From: a virus
Virus record (IMG/VR): IMGVR_UViG_3300005264_000009
Location: 1 to 64,000 of that record
Length of the DNA stretch: 64,000 bases
Direction: 5' to 3' (one strand)
The notes under the pieces are model-generated. The model made no database searches. It worked only from the letters and a program-made list of their open reading frames with translations, and had not been told where the DNA came from. Made by a program: the position numbers and the translations under genes. This document shows, piece by piece, positions 17,593 to 27,641 of the stretch (position 1 is the stretch's first letter; each line of letters opens with the position of its first letter).

Positions 17593-18039
17593 ATGGAAAA
17601 TTTATCTGTTATACATGAGCGATATTCAGGAGCAACAGTAATTGAAATGAGTTGTTATAAAGATGCAACTGATGAAGAAAAAGAAATGTTCTTTGATTTT
17701 GCTACTTTATGTGGTGGTCATAGCAAACTGTTTACAGGTGGTGTATTTACAAATGATACTAATTCTAATTTTATGATAGCACGTTATCGTATAAATGATG
17801 ATGGTAAAAAAGAAGTAGTTAGTGATATAACATTACAAAGTGGTGGTGATATTGGTGATGATATTTGTTGTAATCAATGTGGAGATCCTTTTAAATATGG
17901 ACATTTCCCATCAGGTATTGCTGTTTTAGATGTTCTTTTTTACGATAATACTAATAAAAATTTTTTAAATAGTATGGTTGGCGATGTTGTACAATGTTCA
18001 CGTTGTGGTGATTATTGTGCTTATGTAATAAAAAAATAA
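17593..18039 (+). CDS. ExxEFxxF-family protein with C-terminal zinc ribbon
   Basis: ATDEEKEMFFDFATLCGG; CNQC..CSRC. Confidence 0.75.
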   Translation: MENLSVIHERYSGATVIEMSCYKDATDEEKEMFFDFATLCGGHSKLFTGGVFTNDTNSNFMIARYRINDDGKKEVVSDITLQSGGDIGDDICCNQCGDPFKYGHFPSGIAVLDVLFYDNTNKNFLNSMVGDVVQCSRCGDYCAYVIKK

Positions 18040-18060
18040 GTATATACTTGGGAGATAATT

Positions 18061-18762
18061 ATGAAACAAAATATTGGTAATTTAATCATAGAAGTAACAA
18101 GAGATTGTAATTTAGAATGTGAACATTGCTTGCGTGGTGATAAACAAAAAATGGATATGTGTGAAGAATATGTAACATCAATGTTTTCACAATTAGAAAG
18201 AATAAATGTATTAACTTTAACAGGTGGTGAACCAGCATTAAGAATTTACAAAATAAAAATGATTCTCGAAAAAGCAAAAGAGTATAACGTAGAAATAGGT
18301 AATTTTTATATGGCAACAAATGGAACAGTTCAATCAATGGAGTTTATTAAAACACTAATTGACTTGTATGAATATTGTGATGATAATGAAATAACAAACG
18401 TTGTTATATCAAATGATTGTATGCATCAAGACGAAGAAGCTATTTATGAAAATAAATTAAAAGTATTAAGATTTGTAAATGATAAGTATAAAGAATTTAT
18501 TTATGATCCTTTTAAAATAAATATTATAAATGAGGGTTATGGTGCAAATTGGAATGGAAAAGATTTTAAATATATAAAATTAGATATGTATGATAATAAA
18601 GATGACTTTTTAAATGATGCTAATTTTTATTTAAACTGTAAAGGTAATGTTCTTCTTAATTGTGATTTTAGTTATGAATCACAAGATGATCCTGAACTTA
18701 TTTTTTGTAAAGTAAATGATTTTAGTGAAAAAATAAATGAGGTAGAATATGAAGATACTTAA
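18061..18762 (+). CDS. Radical SAM protein
   Basis: CNLECEHC (CxxxCxxC), TGGEP, ATNG. Confidence 0.9.
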   Translation: MKQNIGNLIIEVTRDCNLECEHCLRGDKQKMDMCEEYVTSMFSQLERINVLTLTGGEPALRIYKIKMILEKAKEYNVEIGNFYMATNGTVQSMEFIKTLIDLYEYCDDNEITNVVISNDCMHQDEEAIYENKLKVLRFVNDKYKEFIYDPFKINIINEGYGANWNGKDFKYIKLDMYDNKDDFLNDANFYLNCKGNVLLNCDFSYESQDDPELIFCKVNDFSEKINEVEYEDT

Positions 18763-18973
18763 TATATTTACTATTATAGAATTAATTAATGTTTTTATGA
18801 TATTGAATCCATTAAGTTTTCTTTTACTTTTTATTATTCTAAAAGTAAAAAAAGACAAGAATAAAGATGAAAAATTTGTGTTAAAAACATTATGTTGTGT
18901 AACAACTTTTCTTTTTCTTCTTAGTATTCATTATTTTATGTCAACTAATAATATTATAAAAGGGTGGGATTAA
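18749..18973 (+). CDS. Putative two-TM membrane protein
   Basis: Two hydrophobic stretches; GAGG RBS. Confidence 0.55.
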   Translation: MKILNIFTIIELINVFMILNPLSFLLLFIILKVKKDKNKDEKFVLKTLCCVTTFLFLLSIHYFMSTNNIIKGWD

Positions 18974-20311
18974 ATGATAAAACTACATATTGAAGATGGT
19001 GCTTATTGGTATAACCTGCCATTAAAAGTACAGAAAAAAATAGAAAAGGATTTAACATTTAAAAATCCAACATACGAAAAAATGATAAAACAAGGAAAGT
19101 ATATAAATGCAAGTATTGCCCCTGAACTATACTTTTTTAATTGTGAAGGTAAAAATTATTATACACCAAAGGGTTATATATTCTTTTTAAAACGCTTTTT
19201 AGATAAACAAGGGGTAAAGGTATTGATAAACGACAAATCAGCTTTATTTAACCCTTTAAAGCTTAAATTTAACGGTACACTTAGAGACTATCAAGAACAA
19301 GCTGTAAAAGATCTGACTTCCTATCCAGTAGGAATGCTTCAAGCATTAACTGGAGGAGGAAAAACATTTACATCAATAGGTGTAATAGCAAAAATAAAAC
19401 AACCAACATTAATTATTGTTCATTCAAAAGAGTTACTATATCAATGGAGAGATGAGATAAAAAAAGTTTTAGACTTTGATTGTGGTTTATTAGGTGATGG
19501 GTGTAATGATGTACAGAAAATAACAGTTGGAATTATAAATACTGTTGAAAAAAACATAGATAAATTACACAATAAATTTGGAATGATAATTGTTGACGAA
19601 GTACATAAAACGGGTGGTAACAGGTATTATAAGACATTACCACAATTTACAGCAAAATATATGTATGGTGTTTCTGCCACACCATATCGACAGGATGGTT
19701 TAACTCATGTATTATCAGCATTATTTGGAAATAAAATAAAGATTGATGAAAAGCATTTAAGAAAAAAGGGTTATGTTTTAACTCCTGATATTCATAGAGT
19801 TTATACAAATTTTCATTATATGTTTACCAATGATTATACAAAAATGATTACTGCATTATGTGAAGATGAAAATAGAAATGTACTTATTGCAAGAACGATC
19901 TATGCTGATTTTAAAAAACATAAACAACCCATTATTGTAGTATCTGATAGAACAAAACATTTGGAAAGAATACAAGAAAAATTAATGATGGAAAGTTCCT
20001 TACTTACAGGGAAAACACCTAAAAAAGAAAGGGTAGAAATAACAAGAAAATTAAAAAACAATGAGTGTAAAGTTTTATTTAGTACATTAAGTTTAATTGC
20101 AGAGGGTTTTGATGCACCTAATTTATCAGCACTATTTATGGGAACGCCTATAAAATTTGCTGGTAGATTGTTACAGTCAGGAGGTAGAATTTTAAGACCA
20201 GCAGATGGTGCTAACCCAAGAGTTTATGATTTTAGAGATAATAATGTAAATGTTTTAAAATATTCTGGTTATGCAAGGGATAAAGTTTATTCTAAAGAAT
20301 GGGGTAAATAA
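18974..20311 (+). CDS. SF2 DEAD/DEAH-box helicase (UvsW/ResIII-like)
   Basis: LRDYQ, TGGGKT, DEVH, SAT, EGFD, QSGGRILR. Confidence 0.92.
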   Translation: MIKLHIEDGAYWYNLPLKVQKKIEKDLTFKNPTYEKMIKQGKYINASIAPELYFFNCEGKNYYTPKGYIFFLKRFLDKQGVKVLINDKSALFNPLKLKFNGTLRDYQEQAVKDLTSYPVGMLQALTGGGKTFTSIGVIAKIKQPTLIIVHSKELLYQWRDEIKKVLDFDCGLLGDGCNDVQKITVGIINTVEKNIDKLHNKFGMIIVDEVHKTGGNRYYKTLPQFTAKYMYGVSATPYRQDGLTHVLSALFGNKIKIDEKHLRKKGYVLTPDIHRVYTNFHYMFTNDYTKMITALCEDENRNVLIARTIYADFKKHKQPIIVVSDRTKHLERIQEKLMMESSLLTGKTPKKERVEITRKLKNNECKVLFSTLSLIAEGFDAPNLSALFMGTPIKFAGRLLQSGGRILRPADGANPRVYDFRDNNVNVLKYSGYARDKVYSKEWGK

Positions 20312-20312
20312 A

Positions 20313-20699
20313 ATGAATAAAATTGCACCATACATACAAAGAATAATTGATTGTGAAACATGTGTATTTCACTTTGATTGTGAAACATGCCTAACATATA
20401 ATAAAATTTTTGATTGGCATACTTATTATAAAAATGAAAAAAATATAATAATAAAAAAAGTTTTTCGCAAAAGTTTAGACTATGTAGCATATGACACAAA
20501 AGTTAGATACGTAATAGGCACACCAACTTGTAATAATTGTAGAGTGAGAAATAGAAAAATATGTTTTTCTTGCTTTGAGTATGAACATTATTTATTTGAT
20601 TGGTGTTTAATTTGTTTAAAGAAACATACAAATAGATGTAATTTCTGTACACACTTATGTTTCTTTATTGGTGATTTTATTTATTCTAAAGGAGATTAA
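20313..20699 (+). CDS. Cys-rich hypothetical protein
   Basis: Six CxxC pairs. Confidence 0.6.
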   Translation: MNKIAPYIQRIIDCETCVFHFDCETCLTYNKIFDWHTYYKNEKNIIIKKVFRKSLDYVAYDTKVRYVIGTPTCNNCRVRNRKICFSCFEYEHYLFDWCLICLKKHTNRCNFCTHLCFFIGDFIYSKGD

Positions 20700-20700
20700 A

Positions 20701-21366
20701 ATGTTAAAAACAATCGCAGAAGTAAAATCCATTTTGGCAAGTGATGCACCATATTACAAAGATTATAAGTATATTAAACATTGTATTAAAACATACTTAG
20801 ATCATAATCAAGGTTCATTATCATTTACTGAAACTGCAATGCGTCATACAGGTTACGATTTTCCATCACCAGTTGTAGAAGCTGTATATATGGCAATCGG
20901 GTCAAGAACAGAAATAAGCGAAATTAAAGATTATACATTTGAAGGATTAATGATAAAAGAAAAAAGAAAAAAGGATAAAAAAAGAATTAATGATGGTCTT
21001 TTAAAATTAGCAAAAGAAAAAAAGGATGAAAAAAGAATTAAGGCTGAAATAAATGATGGTCTTTTAAAATTTATGAATGAACAAAATAATATAATAAAAA
21101 ACAATAAAGAACAAACAGAAAAGGTATTAACAAACTATTTTATGGGTTATGATGCGGTGGAGTATTCTGACAAAACTTTAGGTTATCAATTAAACCCACA
21201 AATGGTTATTTTAACTAAAATAAAAGAAACAGAACTTAAATGTTCATTTGTTTTTATTGGAACTAATGTAATGAAACAAAAAGTATATACTTTCGTGAAT
21301 TATACAGCAGAAGATATTATAAAAAGTTTACATGAACAGATTTGTAATGTATTACAAGTGTTGTGA
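20701..21366 (+). CDS. Hypothetical protein, paralogous domain shared with 21433 and 61140
   Basis: NKEQTE..L..YF.GY..VE, YTAEDII. Confidence 0.8.
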   Translation: MLKTIAEVKSILASDAPYYKDYKYIKHCIKTYLDHNQGSLSFTETAMRHTGYDFPSPVVEAVYMAIGSRTEISEIKDYTFEGLMIKEKRKKDKKRINDGLLKLAKEKKDEKRIKAEINDGLLKFMNEQNNIIKNNKEQTEKVLTNYFMGYDAVEYSDKTLGYQLNPQMVILTKIKETELKCSFVFIGTNVMKQKVYTFVNYTAEDIIKSLHEQICNVLQVL

Positions 21367-21432
21367 TTTATAAGTTGTATTATGATAGTAGCAAGAACAG
21401 AAATAAACAAAATTTAAAGAGGATAATTAATT

Positions 21433-21918
21433 ATGATTGAATTTTTTGAATGTTTTAAAAGCAATAAAAATGATATTAATGATACATTAAAAGAAGTGAA
21501 AAGGAGTAAAACACGTATGAATAAAAGTGTAAAAAAAGGTCATATATTTGGAGGCTTAATGGCAAAAAAAATGATGGATGAGGAACAAAGAATTGATGAT
21601 GAAATAAAAGGGGGGTTTTTTAACTTTATAAACGAAAAAAAACATATAGTAAATAAAAATAAAGAACAAACGGAAAGTGCATTAAAAGTTTACTTTCAAG
21701 GATATAAAGGGGTGGAACATAAAGATAGAAATATAGTTTATAGTGTGCCTACACTTAACATACATATTGCAATGAGAATAAATCCTTCGGAACTTACATG
21801 TGTATTTGAATGTCCTAATTATAATAAGTCAAAAACATACAACTTCTTACATTATACAGCCGAAGATATTATAAGAAACATACATAAACAAATTTGTGAA
21901 TTATTAAAAATAAAATAA
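21433..21918 (+). CDS. Hypothetical protein, paralogue of 20701
   Basis: NKEQTESALKVYFQGY, YTAEDII. Confidence 0.8.
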   Translation: MIEFFECFKSNKNDINDTLKEVKRSKTRMNKSVKKGHIFGGLMAKKMMDEEQRIDDEIKGGFFNFINEKKHIVNKNKEQTESALKVYFQGYKGVEHKDRNIVYSVPTLNIHIAMRINPSELTCVFECPNYNKSKTYNFLHYTAEDIIRNIHKQICELLKIK

Positions 21919-21926
21919 TAAAACTG

Positions 21927-21955
21927 TTGACTTTTTATTAAAAGTGTAGTAGAGT
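21927..21955 (+). promoter_or_regulatory. sigma70-type promoter
   Basis: TTGACT-17-TAGAGT. Confidence 0.6.
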
Positions 21956-21962
21956 CTTATTC

Positions 21963-22027
21963 AAAGTGATTGGAGCAGTTTTGCAAACTGTTTTTGATTT
22001 CCCTGATCAAATATCTTCAATCACTTT
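21963..22027 (+). ncRNA. Candidate C4-like three-way-junction leader/antisense RNA
   Basis: AAAGTGATTGGAG/CTTCAATCACTTT closing stem; CAGTTT/AAACTG; TTTGAT-TTCCCTG-ATCAAA; loop complement CAGGGAA twice downstream. Confidence 0.55.
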
Positions 22028-22077
22028 ACAAATTCAGGGAATTAAATATTCAGGGAATTAAACAGAGGGAGTTTAAA

Positions 22078-22299
22078 ATGATAAAATCAATTCTTTATAC
22101 ATCAAAACCATGCCCATTAGAAATAGAATTTATATTTTTTGGTAATGAAATTGAATATCATAATATTCAATTAATTATTGATGATGTAACTTTAAAAAAC
22201 ACACCAGAGGAATTACAAGACCATTTAGCCGATGTGTTTTGCGATGAATGGAGTAAAGAAATAAAGGAACAAATTGAATATATACCAAAATGTTATTGA
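22078..22299 (+). CDS. Hypothetical protein
   Basis: AGGGAG RBS; likely true start within the tracked ORF. Confidence 0.65.
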   Translation: MIKSILYTSKPCPLEIEFIFFGNEIEYHNIQLIIDDVTLKNTPEELQDHLADVFCDEWSKEIKEQIEYIPKCY

Positions 22300-22329
22300 T
22301 TATAATGATTAAGGTTTTAAACAATACTT

Positions 22330-22696
22330 TCCTTAATCTTATATATGTTTTAAAGGGGTTAATTTTATATTAAATTTTATGGATTAGGATAAAATATAAG
22401 GACTTTAACAATGGGTTATCGGAATCCCTTTAAAACAACCTTTATAAGAGTTTTAATATAGAAGGATACGATCATAATGCACTGGTTACAATGTGTTGTA
22501 GCACAAAACTTGACAACATCTCATCACGATGTATTTGCTACACTCCTACTAATTCTATGCAGTGGTTTTGATAGATTAATTGTAACACAACCACATTTTT
22601 TAAAAAAACATCATTGATTACAATGTGCCAAAGTCATCTCCCAAAAGTTCTATGTCATGGTTTTGATAGACTAATTGTGATACAACCATACTTTAA
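22330..22696 (+). ncRNA. Candidate structured non-coding region with duplicated hairpin units
   Basis: GTTTTAAAGGGGTT..AATCCCTTTAAAAC stem; TTCTATG..TGGTTTTGATAGA.TAATTGT.A.ACAACCA at ~22553 and ~22648. Confidence 0.4.
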
Positions 22697-22948
22697 AATA
22701 TAATAAGGGGTTATATGTTTAATAGAAAAAGTAAGAAAAAACAAAGGGATAAACGACACTTAAAAATTTGGTATTCACCAAAAATAAAAAAACCCATACA
22801 AATGAAAAAACAATATAAAAAACAAAGTGATAGATGGGGCATACAAAAAACTAAAATGGATAATTGGCGACTCAATGAATTTTATAAATGTTATTATATG
22901 GATTCTAATAACATTTATGCAACATGTACTTTCTTTTAAGAGGATAAA

Positions 22949-23233
22949 ATGATTTGTTTAAGGGAATTTAAAGCACAAATAGTACACGATTTTGAAAGAG
23001 GATGGATTAAAAAAATAGTATTAGAAAATGAGTTATTGGGGGTAATAAAAAAAGATTTAAAAAAATTAAATAAAAGAATAGCAGGTAAAAAAGTTATTTT
23101 AATTGAAATCACATATGAAAACAATAATAAGTATTACTTTGAAAAACAAGATGGTAAATTTTTAATATTTCCTGAATTATTTTTGGAATTAGCAGGGAAA
23201 ACCCAATTTGTATATGAGGATGAGAATGATTAA
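22949..23233 (+). CDS. Hypothetical protein
   Basis: AGAGGA RBS. Confidence 0.6.
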   Translation: MICLREFKAQIVHDFERGWIKKIVLENELLGVIKKDLKKLNKRIAGKKVILIEITYENNNKYYFEKQDGKFLIFPELFLELAGKTQFVYEDEND

Positions 23234-23400
23234 ATTAAGTATGGTAATAAATCAAGTTAGGTATAGACTCTTTAATATGATTACAGCGAATTTCATAAGT
23301 AAAGATGTTTTATATACAGAAGATGAAATTAAAATCGTAAAAGCTGAATTATGGGCTTTAAAAAACTTACAAAAAATGTATTAAAAAAGGGGTGTAAATT

Positions 23401-23763
23401 ATGAGTATTCAAAAGTGTGCTGGGTGTGTTTATGAACCAGAGGAGTGGAGTGAAATACATTATGGTCCTAAATGGAGTTATAAAGAGGGTTTGTGTAAAA
23501 AAGAAAATGTTCTTGTTCGTATATATATAAATGTTCCAATAGATATTTGTAGTGATTATAAACAAAAAGATGTAGAGGAATTAAATAATGAAATATTGGA
23601 GTTGTGTAAAAAGGCATATAAAAAACCTATTGTAAGTACAGGTAGTGGTTTACGTTGTTTCTTTTGTGATAAATACCAAACTGATGATGGTTTATTAAGG
23701 GATAGACATTACTCCGATTGTGATTTTTTAAAATATAAAAAAGTAATGAAAAAGTACAAGTAA
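23401..23763 (+). CDS. Cys-rich protein, paralogue of 23774
   Basis: QKC..C.YEP..W..IH...GLC.K. Confidence 0.75.
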   Translation: MSIQKCAGCVYEPEEWSEIHYGPKWSYKEGLCKKENVLVRIYINVPIDICSDYKQKDVEELNNEILELCKKAYKKPIVSTGSGLRCFFCDKYQTDDGLLRDRHYSDCDFLKYKKVMKKYK

Positions 23764-23773
23764 GGTGTAAATT

Positions 23774-24295
23774 ATGTTACAAAAATGTGATGATTGTTTG
23801 TATGAACCAAAAAAATGGGATGATATACACTTGGTGCATCATAATTCTAAAGTGTATTTTAAAAAAGGTTTGTGTGAAAAAAAGAATGAACTTATTTATT
23901 CTTATACAGATAACCAAATGAATACAGATTATTACCCTTCTACATGTGTATGTGCATGTACTTCTATTTGTACTTGTAAGTGTAATGAATATAAACAAAA
24001 GGAAAAAACAGGAATGAAAAATTTTAAATTAATAGATAAAAAAGAATTTTGTGCACTTATAGAGTGTAAAAACATTTACAAGATAGTTGATTGTGTTGAT
24101 TGTGTTGATTGTAATGTAACACGGTTTAATAATTGGGTAGAAAACATTAAAAAAGGAATAATGATAGCACCAAAAGAAGTAAAAAAAGTAAAAGAAGAAA
24201 ATCAATTTGATTTTACAGCCAGTAGGAGTGTTATGGATACTTTCCCAAAAAAAGAGGAGGATAAAATAAAATTATTAGTTAAATTATTAAAATAA
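23774..24295 (+). CDS. Cys-rich protein, paralogue of 23401
   Basis: Same N-terminal motif. Confidence 0.75.
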   Translation: MLQKCDDCLYEPKKWDDIHLVHHNSKVYFKKGLCEKKNELIYSYTDNQMNTDYYPSTCVCACTSICTCKCNEYKQKEKTGMKNFKLIDKKEFCALIECKNIYKIVDCVDCVDCNVTRFNNWVENIKKGIMIAPKEVKKVKEENQFDFTASRSVMDTFPKKEEDKIKLLVKLLK

Positions 24296-24310
24296 AAATA
24301 GGTATATATT

Positions 24311-24613
24311 ATGATAATAGAAGAACATATCAAATTGAAGTATTTAGAAAAAGGTTGGTGTGATAACGATATTGTAATGCTTCACGCATGTTTTCAATTA
24401 TTAGAAGATTGTGTAGAGCAAGAAGATATATTTAATGTGATTGTTTGGGATAATTCTTCTGACCTTTTAGAAGTTAAACATAAAATAAAAAAACTATATG
24501 ATTGGTGGAAGTCAAGATTGACTGCTGATAATTTTGTATCAAGTGATCAATATGACGAAGATAGTAATAAATTAATAGAATTAATAAAATTAAGGGGTTA
24601 CTTATGGACTTAA
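24311..24613 (+). CDS. Conserved-looking hypothetical phage protein
   Basis: W.D.D..MLHACFQLL..., LYDWW, LI.LR..LWT. Confidence 0.75.
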   Translation: MIIEEHIKLKYLEKGWCDNDIVMLHACFQLLEDCVEQEDIFNVIVWDNSSDLLEVKHKIKKLYDWWKSRLTADNFVSSDQYDEDSNKLIELIKLRGYLWT

Positions 24614-24628
24614 TAAAGGAATTAGCTA

Positions 24629-24832
24629 ATGAGTATATTAGATTTTTTTCAAGTAGAAAATAACCAAAATTGTTATTTATGTGGTGAAAGTGCACAAACT
24701 GTTTGTGAACATTGTGAAGAATTTATTTGCTTAAATTGTTGTTGTATTCATACAGAAAATACATTTATTGAATATAACTTATGTTTAGAATGTTATGATT
24801 ATATAAAATTAAAGGAGGAATTAAATGCATAG
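24629..24832 (+). CDS. Cys-rich zinc-finger protein
   Basis: Four CxxC pairs; paralogue immediately downstream. Confidence 0.7.
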   Translation: MSILDFFQVENNQNCYLCGESAQTVCEHCEEFICLNCCCIHTENTFIEYNLCLECYDYIKLKEELNA

Positions 24833-24992
24833 TTATGATTCACAACAATGCACTATATGTGAAAGAATAACTGAAACAACTTGTGAAATTTGTGGGAATT
24901 ACATTTGTTTTCATTGTTGTTATACTTTTTGTAATTTTGAAGAATTGAATATTAAATTGTGTCTTGAATGTTTTTGTAAAAAGGAGGATTAA
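24825..24992 (+). CDS. Cys-rich zinc-finger protein, paralogue of 24629
   Basis: CTIC..CEIC..CFHCC..CLEC; GGAGG RBS. Confidence 0.65.
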   Translation: MHSYDSQQCTICERITETTCEICGNYICFHCCYTFCNFEELNIKLCLECFCKKED

Positions 24993-25991
24993 ATGAAAGA
25001 TGATGTTGCTCCAAAAGATATTATTGAAAAATCTGATTTATCTACTATACCTTTAGATTTACTTGATGAATTATTAGACCCAACCTATGCAGAGGGGCTA
25101 TTCAAGTATTACAAAGAATCATGGCGTAAAGGATTTCCTATTTCTGTTTTATATTCAGCTTTAAGAAGACACTTAAATCAATTTTTCTTTGAAAGAGAAG
25201 ACTTTGATAAAGAAACTTTTGAAAAGTATGGTATTCAAAAAACACACTTAGGGGCTATTATTTTTTGCTGTATTAGTATGTATAATTCTTTAAAATTAAA
25301 CAAAGGTTTTGATGATAGACCTTATATAAAAAAGAAAAAAGAAAATAAACACAATATAAAAAAGAAAAAAGGTAATAAACCCAATATAAAAAAGGAAGAA
25401 ATAGTTAAAGAAAAGTATAACAAAATATTTGATTATGATTTAGAGTTACAAAGTGATCTTGATGATTTTCTTAAAGATGATTTATTACCACAAGATGATA
25501 TGAATGATTTTCTTAAAAATGATTTATTACCACAAGATGATATTGATGATTTTCTTAAAAATGAGATATTACCACAAGATGATATTGATGATTTTCTTAA
25601 AAATGATAAAAAAGAAGAAAAAAAATTCAAGTATGAAAAAGAATTAATAGATTTTATTAATCAACAAGTTAGAGATAATAAGTTACATGATGTTTTACTT
25701 ACACAAGACGAAGTTACAAAAATGTTTGACTTACCTGATAAGGGTAAAAAACATGATTATGTTTGTAAATATATACCAAAAAACAATGCTGATATTAAGG
25801 AAAAATGTTTGTCTTGCAAATCATTTGATGAAGAATATTTTATGGCATGTATGAATAGTTTAAAATGTGATAATTACTCTTTATATGAAGAATCACATTG
25901 TTCTACTTGTAAAAAACAATATAGTACTTTTGTAAATTTTAAAGAAATAGTGTGTAAACATTGTTCGATCAACCCTAAAAATAGAATATAA
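24993..25991 (+). CDS. DUF5664-like dATP/dGTP diphosphohydrolase domain with repeat-rich and Cys-rich tail
   Basis: K.DLS.IP, G..KY...SWRKG, YSALRRHL, ED.D.E, HLG; DDFLKND.LPQDD x4. Confidence 0.75.
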   Translation: MKDDVAPKDIIEKSDLSTIPLDLLDELLDPTYAEGLFKYYKESWRKGFPISVLYSALRRHLNQFFFEREDFDKETFEKYGIQKTHLGAIIFCCISMYNSLKLNKGFDDRPYIKKKKENKHNIKKKKGNKPNIKKEEIVKEKYNKIFDYDLELQSDLDDFLKDDLLPQDDMNDFLKNDLLPQDDIDDFLKNEILPQDDIDDFLKNDKKEEKKFKYEKELIDFINQQVRDNKLHDVLLTQDEVTKMFDLPDKGKKHDYVCKYIPKNNADIKEKCLSCKSFDEEYFMACMNSLKCDNYSLYEESHCSTCKKQYSTFVNFKEIVCKHCSINPKNRI

Positions 25992-26003
25992 AGGAAAATT
26001 AAA

Positions 26004-26579
26004 ATGGATTTCAAAGATTTACAATTTGGAGATAGTGTACATTCTATATTAAACGGTTGGGGAACATACACAAGTAATGATTCTATTCACTATCTTGTTG
26101 ATTTTCCAGATGGTTTTACTAAAAAATATAATGTAAATGGTTTTTTCTTTGAACATGATATTAAACCTGAAATTATTGATGTTAAAAGAAGACATTGGCA
26201 ACCAAAAAAAACAGATGACATGTATATAATTAATGCAAATGGTAAAATACATAATACTAAAGCAAGAGATGAAAAATGTTTGGAGACTGGTAGAATTTAC
26301 CATACATACAAACAAGCAAAACACGTATATGAAAAAACAATTAAACCATGCCAAAGATTAGCCTCTTGGATTAGTGAAAACGATCCTAATAATATATATG
26401 ATATTAATTGGGGGGATAAAACACAAGGCAAATATTTCATTTATTACTATTATAAAAATTCTGAATGGCTTTTAAATTATACTTTAGAGCATCAAATAGT
26501 TGGAGTACCATATATTTTATGTAAAAAAACAGCAGAAAAACTTGTAAATGGTCTTAACAATAAAACCATAATTTTATAA
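26004..26579 (+). CDS. Hypothetical protein, paralogue of 26655
   Basis: MDFKDL..GD.V.S.L.GWG, DIKPEII, PCQR. Confidence 0.8.
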   Translation: MDFKDLQFGDSVHSILNGWGTYTSNDSIHYLVDFPDGFTKKYNVNGFFFEHDIKPEIIDVKRRHWQPKKTDDMYIINANGKIHNTKARDEKCLETGRIYHTYKQAKHVYEKTIKPCQRLASWISENDPNNIYDINWGDKTQGKYFIYYYYKNSEWLLNYTLEHQIVGVPYILCKKTAEKLVNGLNNKTIIL

Positions 26580-26654
26580 GGATTAAAATGGATTTAAATT
26601 CTTATGCCATCCACACAAACTTCCAAAAATAAACATATTAAAAAGGAGAATGAA

Positions 26655-27245
26655 ATGAATTTCAAAGATTTAAAAATTGGTGATGAAGTAAAATCAAGTT
26701 TAAAGGGTTGGGGCAATTATGCTGGAAAAACTGATAATAATAAATATGTTGTCAGGTACACATCTAATGGTGGTTATAAATTTGATGTGTATGATGCTAT
26801 TTATACAGAAGATGGTTTTGCATCTGATAAAGATATTAAGCCTGAAATTATTAAAGTAAAAAAATTTGATTGGAATCCAAGTATAAATAATAGTGCACAT
26901 ATACAAGCATCAGGTTTTATAATATCCACAAAAAACGTAATACCAGACTATGAGGGGAGAACATATAAAACAACAAAAGAAGCAAAGCAAGTTTATCATC
27001 AAATATTAAGACCCTGCCAAAGAATGGCAGCATGGGCACAAGAACATGCACCTGATGATATATACAATATTGATTTTGGTAATGAAAATCAATACAAGTA
27101 TTATGTATATTATAATTCTTTATCAAAAAAGTGGGAAGTAAAAAGATCTATATATTATATTTATGTTGGTTGTACTTACTTTTTAAAATTAAGTATAGCA
27201 GAACAATTAGCTAAAGGTTTAAATGATAAAACTATAAAACTATAA
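26655..27245 (+). CDS. Hypothetical protein, paralogue of 26004
   Basis: MNFKDL..GD.V.S.L.GWG, DIKPEII, PCQR; AGGAG RBS. Confidence 0.8.
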   Translation: MNFKDLKIGDEVKSSLKGWGNYAGKTDNNKYVVRYTSNGGYKFDVYDAIYTEDGFASDKDIKPEIIKVKKFDWNPSINNSAHIQASGFIISTKNVIPDYEGRTYKTTKEAKQVYHQILRPCQRMAAWAQEHAPDDIYNIDFGNENQYKYYVYYNSLSKKWEVKRSIYYIYVGCTYFLKLSIAEQLAKGLNDKTIKL

Positions 27246-27446
27246 TTTTATAAAAGGAAACTTATGGATTTTAAAGTAAAGTGTATTGGTTGTAATACAA
27301 TTAATAACATAAAATTAAGTACATCTAAATTAGAATTACTATTTAATATAGAATTAAAATGTTTTAAGTGTAACAGAATACTTTTTATTGATTGGTTAAA
27401 ATTAAAAGCGGATAAATCCTTAGAAAAACATTAAAAAAGGTGTAAA

Positions 27447-27641
27447 ATGCATATAGATTTTACGTGTAAAGATTGCCAACAAAAAGGACATATTGATGTG
27501 CCTTTTAGTGTTATAGACGATTATAATATAAGAGGTGATGCAATTCTTATAGAGATTGGTTGTAATTGTGGTTCAAGAATTAATGTAGGTGAATTAATAA
27601 AATTAAAACAAGGGGAAGAAAATGACAGAAAGAAAAATTAA
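27447..27641 (+). CDS. Small zinc-ribbon-like protein
   Basis: CKDC...CNC. Confidence 0.55.
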   Translation: MHIDFTCKDCQQKGHIDVPFSVIDDYNIRGDAILIEIGCNCGSRINVGELIKLKQGEENDRKKN

